From Spirochaetia bacterium (GTDB lineage Bacteria; Spirochaetota; Spirochaetia; SZUA-6; Bin103), in NCBI GenBank assembly GCA_965208575.1, contig CBDBOV010000006.1, positions 512,001 to 576,000 of the forward strand: a stretch of 64,000 nt of DNA, given 5' to 3'. This document shows, piece by piece, positions 1 through 8,774 of this stretch. Made by a program: the position numbers and the translations under genes. Below the pieces are notes generated by a model that was given only the letters and a program-made list of their open reading frames with translations, did no database searches and was not told the origin of the DNA. The stretch's first letter is position 1; every line of letters starts with the position of its first letter.

Positions 1-1140
1 CGTGTGGGCCTCAGGCGTCGCTCTCCCCCTGCCCTTCCAGTAGGAGTCGTTGATCGCTTCCACATCGAGTGCCATCTGGACCGCGTGGCGAACTCTGAGG
101 TCGTTGGTCGGCTCCACGGCGAGATTCATCGCAAGACCCATTCCGCTCTCATAATACTCCGTGACCTGGGTTTCGGGATTGGTCCGCGTGAGATCCTCAA
201 CAACGTCGACACTGTATATATGCGAATAGGAGAGCCCACCCAAGTAGTCGATCTGGCCCGACCGGAATGCTGCCAAACGCGTCGACTCCTCGGGCATCAC
301 CAACCACACGATCTCGTCGATATAGGGCAGGCGATTGTCCGGGTACTTCTCGTCGAACGCCCAGTAGTTGGGGTTCTTGGTGTAGCTCAGGGAGCTGCCC
401 TCGACCCAGTCGACCAGCTCATAGGGGCCGGTGCCAACCAGGTTGCGCCAATCCAAGAGGTCGCCGTGCTCTTCGATGACCTCTGGCGGCATGATGTTAC
501 TGGTGTAATGGTAGAGGATCGTCCGCTCCGCGGCGAAATTGGGCTCCTTTAGCCGAAAGACGACCGTATGGTCGTCGGTGGCCGTTACCGATTCGATGCC
601 GATGTCGTCGAGCTGCGACTGCTGCGCCACGATGGGGCTGCCTTCGGTGTAGCCACTGCCCAGCCCCAAATAGCGGTGCCAGTTGTATTCCACATCCTTG
701 GCAGTGAGCTCCCGACCATTCATCGGCGCCTTGTCGTGCCAGTGGACGCCGCTTCGGATCCGGACCGCAAGCGTCACCGGGTCGGTCCATTCCCAGCTCT
801 CGGCCAACTCACCGGCTATCGCGAAGAGAGGCAGATACCCCGATTGAAAACCGAATCGCTGCCTGTCTATCGCCCAGTCCGCGATGCCCAGCTTCTCGTT
901 CGTGAACATCCAGGCAACCTGACCCACGTGCCCTTGCCAGGGGTCGGAATTCGCAGGCTCGGCGACCGACCCGAAGGTGATGGTGCCGCCGTACTCGGGC
1001 GCGGTCACCATCTTGCCGGTGGCTGGGTCGCGCACCATTTCCTTCTCGGCCGCGGATGCTTCCTCGCCCTCGGCGGCGGCGAACGTAACGGTAGCCACCA
1101 GCGCGAACGCCAGCGGCAGCAATAGGAGTCTTGGAGTCAT
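1..1140 (-). CDS. Family-5 ABC substrate-binding protein (SBP1), 3' end runs off the window
   Basis: ATG at 1140 after GAGGAGGAG; manual translation MTPRLLLLPLAFALVATVTFAAAEGEEASAAEKEM...TAPEYGGTITFG; collinear with the SBP at 22366-24150. Confidence 0.9.
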   Translation of the reverse strand, partial: MTPRLLLLPLAFALVATVTFAAAEGEEASAAEKEMVRDPATGKMVTAPEYGGTITFGSVAEPANSDPWQGHVGQVAWMFTNEKLGIADWAIDRQRFGFQSGYLPLFAIAGELAESWEWTDPVTLAVRIRSGVHWHDKAPMNGRELTAKDVEYNWHRYLGLGSGYTEGSPIVAQQSQLDDIGIESVTATDDHTVVFRLKEPNFAAERTILYHYTSNIMPPEVIEEHGDLLDWRNLVGTGPYELVDWVEGSSLSYTKNPNYWAFDEKYPDNRLPYIDEIVWLVMPEESTRLAAFRSGQIDYLGGLSYSHIYSVDVVEDLTRTNPETQVTEYYESGMGLAMNLAVEPTNDLRVRHAVQMALDVEAINDSYWKGRGRATPEAHT

Positions 1141-1590
1141 AGCGTACTCCTCCTCGTTTTCGGGAGCGGTACTGCGTCCCTGTACCCGTGGTCTTGGGCC
1201 GGAAACTCCGACCCTTCTGGAATGGTCCTCGTAGATGTCGCACCCAAGGGCGCCGCGAGCGCCGCCCGGGATGGGCGTGGTGCGATGGGTGTGGATATGA
1301 ACGGGAGCGGATAGTCGTCAGCGGCGCGGATGACGGCAGAGTGGTGGATGCGGCTCGGTAAGCGGAAAGAGCGGTCAGTTACCGGGTGCTTGGTTTGTTG
1401 CGGAGCAGGACGGAGCAGGACGGAGCAGGACGGAGCAGGACGGAGCAGGACGGAGCAGGACGGAGCAGGACGGAGCGGTAGCGAACTGACGGATGCGGCG
1501 GGCTGTGTGATCGCGCTTCATCCGCGCTTGTCCTCCTCCCGGAGCCATCACTCTACCACACGCCCGGCCACGGTCAAGTACGCGTTTGGC
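1141..1590 (-). promoter_or_regulatory. Conserved SBP promoter/leader module, copy 1
   Basis: TTGACC (1572-1577), 16-nt spacer, TG-n-TAGAGT (1550-1555); alignable by eye with three other copies. Confidence 0.75.
1401..1476. repeat. 10-bp tandem repeat CGGAGCAGGA x7 plus partial unit
   Basis: Read directly; the homologous leaders have 3, 2 and 2 full units. Confidence 0.98.
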
Positions 1591-1756
1591 GGGTTGGCGG
1601 ACTGGTGGTTGCCACAGTTGCCTCGGAGCATATTCCGCTTCCAGTCGTGACCTGGATCCGTTCAGTCTGCAACGACCGGGCAAACCCTGCGGCTGCAAGC
1701 GGTCCGACATTGATCATGGTTCCCGTAGCGCCAGTGTCCAGGGCGAGAACGCCGGC

Positions 1757-2021
1757 TCACGATGCTGGTCCGTCTCCGTGCGATGCTTGCAACGCTCTCA
1801 ATCGCGTGAGAATGTCCGGCGCTTCCTTCAACTCGCACAGCGGTTGCAACTCGGCTTCAACCAAGGCCCAGTCGAGCCGGCGGCCTATGCGCAGCACTAT
1901 GCCTTCAATATCCGCCCAGTCACGCGAGCGATCAGCAAGGGCCGCCGATGAAGCAGAATTTCCAGCCGCGCTCCCGGCAGAACGACTGGATGTCATTCGC
2001 CAGCCGAAAGAGGTCGCGCAT
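1757..2021 (-). pseudogene. Internally deleted nucleotidyltransferase-like gene
   Basis: N-terminus MRDLFRLANDIQSFCRERGWKFCFIGG joined out of frame to C-terminus DRSRDWADIEGIVLRIGRRLDW; the middle is missing. Confidence 0.65.
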
Positions 2022-2238
2022 CCCGGATTCTGGCAAACATCGCCTGCTGCTGCACCAGCCCGGAGGTGGTGCGCACCGGACCCGCGAGCGTCGCTTCGAA
2101 CGCACCATTTAGTGCATCGATGTGGTCGGCCACCTCGACGTCGCGGAGTTCGGAGCGTCGCAGCGCCGCCAGCCTGGCGCCGGCAATACGCCACCGTTCG
2201 ACGAACCCGCGCAATTCGCCGTCAAGATCGCCCGCCAT
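1993..2238 (-). CDS. Small hypothetical protein, likely partner of the nucleotidyltransferase
   Basis: 81-aa ORF (FVERWRIAG...SGLVQQQAMF) overlapping the start of the downstream gene. Confidence 0.6.
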   Translation of the reverse strand: MAGDLDGELRGFVERWRIAGARLAALRRSELRDVEVADHIDALNGAFEATLAGPVRTTSGLVQQQAMFARIRDARPLSAGE

Positions 2239-2345
2239 GAGAGGCAGTGTACGCGTTTCCGATCAGGTCCGACAACAATCCGAATTGCCTCACGTCTTGA
2301 GCGATCAAGCACCCGATCAGGCAACCGATCAAGTGACGCGTCAGC

Positions 2346-3323
2346 TCAGCGGGATCGTTCGAGCTTCTGCAGGGCCCGGGTGGCGCGCTCGGCGGCGCGG
2401 GCGCCTACCCCGCCGGCCACCCCGCCGCCGCCGCGCAGGCGCGGGTCCAGCAGGTCGCGCAGCGCGTCGCCCACCATGTTCAGGCAGTACACCACCAGGG
2501 TCAGCGCCACCCCAGGCCACATCGCCAGCCGCGGCGCCATCTCCATGTACTGCCGCCCCTCACGGCTCAGCATCGTGCCCCAGCTCGGCACGTCCGGCGG
2601 CAGCCCGAAGCCCAGGAAGCTCAGGCTCGCCTCCGCGATGATCGCCCACCCGATCGTGATCGAGTAGATGATGATGATCGGCGCCGTGATGTTCGGCCAC
2701 ACGTGGCGCAGCAGCGTCCGCCACGACGGGCTGCCGATGGCGTGCGCCGCCTCGAAGTAGGCGTTGCCCTTGATGCCGATCACCGCCCCCCGCACCACCC
2801 GCGAGTTGGCCACCCCGGAGGCCAGCGCCAGCATGCCGATGATCTGCGGGATGCCCTGGCCGACGATGGTCATGATGGTCAGCAGCAGCAGCAGGCCGGG
2901 AAACGACATCCAGGCGTCCACCAGGCGCTGCACCGCCAGATCCACCTTGCCGCCCACAAACCCCGCCACCCCGCCGATCAGCAGCGACACCACCACGCTC
3001 AGGGTGGTGGCGGCGAACCCCACCCCCAGCGACACCCGCGCCCCGTACAGCAGGCGGCTGAACAGGTCGCGGCCGATGTGGTCGGTGCCCAGCGGGTAGG
3101 TGCCCGACGGCCCCTTGAGGCGGTCGATCATGGTCATTTCCATGAAGTGATACGGCGCCAGCAGGTCGGCGAAGATCGCCACCAGGCACAGCAGCAGCAC
3201 GACCGCACCGCTGACCGCTCCCACCGGCCGCTCCCTGATCAGCCGGCGCAGCAGGTCGCGCAGGAACGACTGCCCCTTCGCCCCCCGCTCCGGCAGCGCC
3301 TTCGGCGCGGTCACCTCACCCAT
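2346..3323 (-). CDS. Peptide/nickel ABC permease, OppC/DppC-like
   Basis: LGTDHIGRDLFSRLLYGARVSL; EAA loop; EASLSFLGFG; GDALRDLLDP. Confidence 0.95.
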   Translation of the reverse strand: MGEVTAPKALPERGAKGQSFLRDLLRRLIRERPVGAVSGAVVLLLCLVAIFADLLAPYHFMEMTMIDRLKGPSGTYPLGTDHIGRDLFSRLLYGARVSLGVGFAATTLSVVVSLLIGGVAGFVGGKVDLAVQRLVDAWMSFPGLLLLLTIMTIVGQGIPQIIGMLALASGVANSRVVRGAVIGIKGNAYFEAAHAIGSPSWRTLLRHVWPNITAPIIIIYSITIGWAIIAEASLSFLGFGLPPDVPSWGTMLSREGRQYMEMAPRLAMWPGVALTLVVYCLNMVGDALRDLLDPRLRGGGGVAGGVGARAAERATRALQKLERSR

Positions 3324-3392
3324 GGTGTCGCCTCCGTCACCCCGCGATTTCGAGGACGACCGCTGGTCAGCATTTTCGGACCACGCACCCCG

Positions 3393-4358
3393 TCACCCGT
3401 AGTGGACGCGCGGGTCCAGGTACGCGTACAGCACGTCGACGAGCAGGTTGATCACCATCACCGCGACGGCGAAGAACAGGTTGATCCCCGAGATCAGCGG
3501 GTAGTCACGATCGAACAGGGCGTCGATCATCAGCCGCCCCAAGCCGGGGATGGCGAACATCTGCTCCATGATCACCGAGCCGCCGACGATGATCGGTACC
3601 TGCAGTCCTACCAGCGTCACCACCGGGATCAGCGCGTTCTTGATCACGTGGCGCAGGATCACCAGCCGCTCCCGCAGCCCCTTGGCCCAGGCGGTGCGAA
3701 TGTAGTCCTGGCGCAGCACCTCCAGCATCATGGTGCGGGTCATGCGCATGGTGCTGGCCGCCAGGTAGGTGCCCAGGATCAGGCCCGGCACGATGAACAT
3801 GCTCAAGTGGCGCACCGGGTCGTCGCTCAGCCGCATCAGGCGCAACGGCGGCGACCACCCCCACCAGATCGCCGGAAACACCAGGATGATGGTGGCCAGC
3901 CAGAAGTTGGGCGTGGCCAGTCCGAAGATGGCGAAGGAGCGCCCCACGTAGTCGCCGACGGTGTCCTGCCGCACCGCCGAGTAGATGCCGATCGGCACCC
4001 CGATCAGCACCCCCACGATCACCGCCACCAAGCCCAATTCGATGGTGGTCGGCAGCCGGCCGCCGATCAGCTCGCCGACCGGTTCCGGCCGCAGCAGCGG
4101 GGTGCCCAGGTCGCCGCGCAGCAGAATCGCCCCCATCCAGCGCGCGTACTGCACGTGCACCGGCACGTCCAGCCCCAGCCGCCGCTCCAGCGCCGCCCGG
4201 TCGATGGCGGTGCCGCCGCCGGCCGCCTCCGCCATTCTGAACATCAGGAGGTCGACGGCGTCCCCCGGTATGAACCGCACCGACAGGAACACCAGAATCG
4301 TCAGCAGGAAGAAGGTCGGGATCAGCAGCAGGACGCGGCGGATGACGTACGCTCTCAT
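3393..4358 (-). CDS. Peptide/nickel ABC permease, OppB/DppB-like
   Basis: RMTRTMMLEVLRQDYIRTAWAKGL; ends YLDPRV. Confidence 0.95.
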   Translation of the reverse strand: MRAYVIRRVLLLIPTFFLLTILVFLSVRFIPGDAVDLLMFRMAEAAGGGTAIDRAALERRLGLDVPVHVQYARWMGAILLRGDLGTPLLRPEPVGELIGGRLPTTIELGLVAVIVGVLIGVPIGIYSAVRQDTVGDYVGRSFAIFGLATPNFWLATIILVFPAIWWGWSPPLRLMRLSDDPVRHLSMFIVPGLILGTYLAASTMRMTRTMMLEVLRQDYIRTAWAKGLRERLVILRHVIKNALIPVVTLVGLQVPIIVGGSVIMEQMFAIPGLGRLMIDALFDRDYPLISGINLFFAVAVMVINLLVDVLYAYLDPRVHYG

Positions 4359-4447
4359 GTCGGTGCAGACGCGGTCGCGTCTCGGCGGTCAAGCGCGAGA
4401 ACCCCGCCCTCGAGCGGGGTCCTCGCTACCTCGCAGCCCGCGGATCG

Positions 4448-6235
4448 CTAAGAGCCCAGCTCCCGCTTCAGATCCTGGTCCACCCACAGGTACATGAGAA
4501 CGGTGGACCGTTGCATCCCGCCGACATCGCCTTCCCCGTTGTAGCCCTTGATCCACGGCTGGGTGGCGCCGAACAGGGGAGCAACCGGCCCCCTGATCAT
4601 CCACAGCTGCTCGGCGATGCGCAGGTTGGCCTGCCGCGCCCACTCCTGCTGCTCCTCTACCGTGGTAGCGGCCAGCGCTTTCTCGTAGATTTCGTCGAAT
4701 ACCGGGTCGTTGTTGTTGTTGGGGTTCCAGCCGGCTTTCGACCAGTAAGAGTTTATCGGGGCAAGGCCACTGGGATACTCGGCAGCCCATACGTCGGTGC
4801 GCAAGCCTGGATATCCGTGGCTCATGCCCCACTCGCTATTCTGCGCGCGAGTTATTTCCTCGATCTCGACGTCGATGCCGATCTGCCGGAGGTAATCCAT
4901 GGCGATCTGGTAATAGCCGAGGTCGAAGAACTCGTAGTGCGAATAGATGGTGCTGAACCGGATGCCGTCTTCACCGCGCGGATAGCCGGCATCGTCGAGC
5001 AGCCTCTCGGCTTCCTCGGGGTCGTACCGATAGTATTGCTGGGTCTCCTCGGGCCACTCCTCGAACGGGACGGCATACCCGAGCACCCTGGCGCCGGTGG
5101 CCCCTTGCGGGCTTGCATCGCCCCAACCCTGCTGGTAATTCTCGGCGATGGACTCGTGGTCGATGGCCAGGCTGAGGGCCTGGCGCACGCGGATGTCGCT
5201 CCAGGGCTCCTTCTGGAGGTTGAAACCGAACGCGGTCTCCGACCGGTAGGAATACGGGTGCAGCACCAGGTCGGGTTTGGTCTTCTGCAGATTGACCGCC
5301 GAGTCGACACTGGTGAGATGGGAGTTGAGTCCGAACCCAATCCAGTCCGCCTGTCCGGAGCGCATCAGTGAGGTGATGGCTGTCATGTCGTTGACGACCA
5401 GGAACTCGATGGTGTCCGCGTAGGGCAAACGATTGTCCGGGAATTTCGGGTCGAAACCCCAATAATCGTCGATCTTGGTGTAGGTCCAGGAGCTGCCCTC
5501 CACCACGTCGGTCAGTTGAAAGGGGCCCGTTCCGGTCACGTTGCGCCAGTCCTGAATGTCTCCGAACTCATCGACCACCTCGCGGGCGACGATGTAGCCA
5601 TGCTCTGCCACGAGCATGCGGCTGAACGCGGTGACACTGGGCTCCTGCAGCTTGAATACCACCGTCGAATCGTCGGTAGCGGCAACCGATTCCCACTTTA
5701 TGTTGCAGATATCGAAGCCCCCCGGGCAGTCCGGGCTCGGCTCGCCGCCGTCCACCCCGAACAGGAGCCGCTGCCAACTGTAGGCGACATCGTGCGCGGT
5801 GAGCTGCCGGCCGTTCACCGGCGCCTTGTCGTGCCAGAACACGCCGTCGCGGATCTTGAACACGGCGGTGAGCGGATCCGGCCTCTCCCAGCTCTCGGCC
5901 AGTTGTCCGACGAGGGCCTCGTCGGGCAGGAACAGCGTAGTGTAGCCGACCTTGCTCCGGTCGATCGCCCAGTCGCCCACGCCGAGCTTCTCGTTGACCA
6001 GCCCGATGAAGGCTCCCGCGGAGTAGCGGAAATAGGGGTCGATCCCCTCCGGCTTGAAGTTGATGACCGCCCTGATCGTGCCGCCATACTCGGGCGCGGT
6101 GACCATCTCGCCGGTGCTCGGGTCGAGCACCATCTCCTTCTCGGCCGCGGCCGCCTCCTCGCCTTCTCCGGCGGCAAACGTAACGGTAGCCACTAGCGCG
6201 AACACCAGCGGCAGAAATAGGAATCTTGGAGTCAT
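4448..6235 (-). CDS. Family-5 ABC substrate-binding protein (SBP2)
   Basis: Signal peptide; FKIRDGVFWHD, GTGPF, RVRQALSLAID, AERLLDDAGY. Confidence 0.95.
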   Translation of the reverse strand: MTPRFLFLPLVFALVATVTFAAGEGEEAAAAEKEMVLDPSTGEMVTAPEYGGTIRAVINFKPEGIDPYFRYSAGAFIGLVNEKLGVGDWAIDRSKVGYTTLFLPDEALVGQLAESWERPDPLTAVFKIRDGVFWHDKAPVNGRQLTAHDVAYSWQRLLFGVDGGEPSPDCPGGFDICNIKWESVAATDDSTVVFKLQEPSVTAFSRMLVAEHGYIVAREVVDEFGDIQDWRNVTGTGPFQLTDVVEGSSWTYTKIDDYWGFDPKFPDNRLPYADTIEFLVVNDMTAITSLMRSGQADWIGFGLNSHLTSVDSAVNLQKTKPDLVLHPYSYRSETAFGFNLQKEPWSDIRVRQALSLAIDHESIAENYQQGWGDASPQGATGARVLGYAVPFEEWPEETQQYYRYDPEEAERLLDDAGYPRGEDGIRFSTIYSHYEFFDLGYYQIAMDYLRQIGIDVEIEEITRAQNSEWGMSHGYPGLRTDVWAAEYPSGLAPINSYWSKAGWNPNNNNDPVFDEIYEKALAATTVEEQQEWARQANLRIAEQLWMIRGPVAPLFGATQPWIKGYNGEGDVGGMQRSTVLMYLWVDQDLKRELGS

Positions 6236-6668
6236 GATGTACTCCTCCTCTTATTCGGGAGCGGGACTGCGTCCCGGTACCCGTGGTCTTGGGCCGGCAA
6301 CTCCGGCCTTTTCGAATGGTCGTAGTATTCGCGGCGCGGGATAGTGGATCGATGGGTATGAATACGGACGGGAGCCGCTACTAGCCCGTCAGCGGCGCGG
6401 TGGTGCGGTGAGCGGAGAGAGCGGTCAGTTACCGGTTGCTTGGCGTGTTGCGGAGCAGGACGGAGCAGGACGGAGCAGGACGGAGCGCTAACGCTTGCAG
6501 CGAACGGGCGGCCGCGGCGGGCTGTGTGATCGCGCTTCATCCGCGCTTGTCCTCCTCCCGGAGCCATCACCGTACCACACCGCCGGTATCCGTCAAGTAC
6601 GCGTTTTGCGCACGATACTCTCCCGCCGGCCGAACACCCCGGCTTGAACTACGACCAGCCCAGGAGCG
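6236..6668 (-). promoter_or_regulatory. Conserved SBP promoter/leader module, copy 2
   Basis: TTGACG 6591-6596, 16 nt, TACGGT 6569-6574; CGGAGCAGGA x3 at 6451-6486. Confidence 0.75.
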
Positions 6669-6757
6669 GAACAAACGCGTAACCGCTCGACACCGGGTTC
6701 ACAAGACAACGGCGGTTCGGTCAGACGTGTAGCCGTCTCAGAACGGTCGGCGAACCG

Positions 6758-6925
6758 CTACTCGCTGAGCAGATCGACGAAGCGCCGGTTGATGTAGTAG
6801 TTCTCGCGGCCCCGCCGGATGCGCTCCAAGGACCCGAGTTGAGTCATTTTTTCAAGGTAGCGTCGGGCCGTGAGGCGGCCGCATCCGAGTTCCCGCTCCA
6901 CTATGCCAATCTTGCAGTACGGCCA
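6758..6925 (-). pseudogene. C-terminal fragment of a Fic-family-like (HTH) protein fused to the broken permease
   Basis: PYCKIGIVERELGCGRLTARRYLEKMTQLGSLERIRRGRENYYIN resembles Fic C-terminal winged helix; unrelated to OppC. Confidence 0.55.
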
Positions 6926-7543
6926 CTTGGCGGCGCGGGCGCCTACCCCGCCGGCCAGCGAGCCGCCGCCGCGCAGGCGCGGGTCGAGCAGGTCGCGCAG
7001 CGCGTCGCCGACCATGTTCAGGCAGTACACCACAGGGTCGGCGCCACCCCCGGCCACATCGCCAGCCGCGGCGCCATCTCCATGTACCGCCGCCCCTCGC
7101 GGCTCAGCATCGTGCCCCGACTCGGCACGTCCCAAGCGCTGCACCGCCAGGTCCACCTTGCCGCCCACGAACCCCGCCACCCCGCCGATCAGCAGCGACA
7201 CCACCACGCTCAGGGTGGTGGCGGCGAACCCCACCCCCAGCGACACCCGCGCCCCGTACAGCAGGCGGCTGAACAGGTCGCGGCCGATGTGGTCGGTGCC
7301 CAGCGGGTAGGTGCCCGACGGCCCCTTGAGGCGGTCGATCATGGTCATGTCCATGAAGTGATACGGCGCCAGCAGGTCGGCGAAGATCGCCACCAGGCAC
7401 AGCAGCAGCACGACCGCGCCGCTGACCGCTCCCACCGGCCGCTCCCTGATCAGCCGGCGCAGCAGGTCGCGCAGAAACGACTGCCCCTTCGCCCGCTTCG
7501 CTCCCGGCGCCGGTAGCGCCTGTGGCGCGGTCACCTCACCCAT
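6926..7543 (-). pseudogene. OppC-like permease pseudogene, near-identical to 2346-3323 with a ~325-bp internal deletion
   Basis: Follows copy 1 to LAVQRL, then jumps at ~7132 to the DVPSWG region; a further 1-bp deletion near 7033. Confidence 0.88.
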
Positions 7544-7555
7544 GGCGGCACCCCG

Positions 7556-8521
7556 TCAGCCGTACTGGACGCGCGGGTCCAGGTAGGCGTAGAGGATGTC
7601 GACTAGCAGGTTGATGACCATGACCGCGCCGGCAAAGAACAGATTGATGCCCGATATCAACGGGTAGTCGCGATCGAACAGGGCGTCGATCATCAGCCGT
7701 CCCAGGCCCGGTATGGCGAACATCTGCTCCATGATGACCGAGCCGCCGACGATGATCGGTATCTGCAGTCCCACCAGCGTCACCACCGGGATGAGGGCGT
7801 TCTTGATAACGTGGCGGAGGATGACCAGGCGCTCGCGCAGGCCCTTTGCCCACGCCGTGCGAATGTAGTCCTGTCTGAGCACCTCCAGCATCATGGTGCG
7901 GGTCATGCGCATGGTGCTGGCCGCCAGGTAGGTACCAAGGATCAGACCCGGCACGATGAACATGGCGAGGTGGCGCATGGGGTCGTCGGCCAGGCGCACC
8001 AGGCGTAGCGGCGGCGACCATCCCCACCAGATCGCGGGGAAAACGAGGATGATGGTGGCCAGCCAGAAGTTGGGCGTGGCCAGCCCGAATATGGCGAAGG
8101 AGCGACCCACGTAGTCGCCCACGGTGTTCTGCCGTACTGCCGAGTAGATGCCGATCGGCACCCCGATCAGCACGCCTACGATCAGCGCCACCAGGCCCAG
8201 CTCGACGGTCGTCGGCAGCCGGCCGGCGATCAGCTCGCCGACCGGCTCCGGCCGCAACAGCGGCTTGCCGAGATCGCCGCGCAGCAGTATCCCTCCCATC
8301 CAGCGGCCATACTGCACGTGCGCCGGCACGTCCAGCCCCAGCCGGCGCTCCAGCTCCGCGCGGTCGATGTCGATGCCGCCGCCCATCGTCGCCTCCATCC
8401 TCCACACGAGGACGTCGACCGCATCGCCCGGTATGAATCGCACCGAGAGGAACACCAGAATCGTCAGCAGGAAGAAGGTGGGGATCAGCAGCAGTACGCG
8501 ACGGATGACGTACGCTCTCAT
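7556..8521 (-). CDS. OppB/DppB-like ABC permease
   Basis: Close paralogue of 3393-4358. Confidence 0.95.
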   Translation of the reverse strand: MRAYVIRRVLLLIPTFFLLTILVFLSVRFIPGDAVDVLVWRMEATMGGGIDIDRAELERRLGLDVPAHVQYGRWMGGILLRGDLGKPLLRPEPVGELIAGRLPTTVELGLVALIVGVLIGVPIGIYSAVRQNTVGDYVGRSFAIFGLATPNFWLATIILVFPAIWWGWSPPLRLVRLADDPMRHLAMFIVPGLILGTYLAASTMRMTRTMMLEVLRQDYIRTAWAKGLRERLVILRHVIKNALIPVVTLVGLQIPIIVGGSVIMEQMFAIPGLGRLMIDALFDRDYPLISGINLFFAGAVMVINLLVDILYAYLDPRVQYG

Positions 8522-8557
8522 GTCGACTCAGATGCCATGTCTCGAGGTTGCTCTCCG

Positions 8558-8656
8558 GCAGCCCGTGGCGAAACTCCGCCTGCATTCAAGCGGCGAATGC
8601 ATCCCGGCTGCCTCGCCGCTCTCGGTGCGACGCCGGGTCCCACCACCGGCTGCTAG
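8558..8656. mobile_element. Possible ~96-bp MITE
   Basis: Terminal inverted repeats GCAGCCCGTGGCG / GCAGCCGGTGGTG (11/13); right end runs into CTAG; absent from the equivalent spacer at 4359-4447. Confidence 0.45.
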
Positions 8657-8728
8657 TCAGAATGAGAGAGTTGGAAGGCGCGCGCATGGAACGCGCACAA
8701 CCCCCAGCTCTTGCTCACTCGGTTACCG

Positions 8729-8762
8729 GGCGCCCGGCGCGAGGCCTGGCGCGCCGGGCGCC
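8729..8762. other. GC-rich stem-loop downstream of SBP3 (mRNA-stabilising or terminator-like)
   Basis: GGCGCCCGGCGCG-N8-CGCGCCGGGCGCC; analogous hairpins near 4395-4426, 22296-22331 and 63903-63931. Confidence 0.6.
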
Positions 8763-8774
8763 GGAGGCGTTGCC

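Noticed and set aside
1401-1476. Tandem repeats (also 16040-16201 and 61768-61827) as CRISPR arrays
   Set aside because: Units are 9-10 bp head-to-tail with no spacers, and there are no cas genes.
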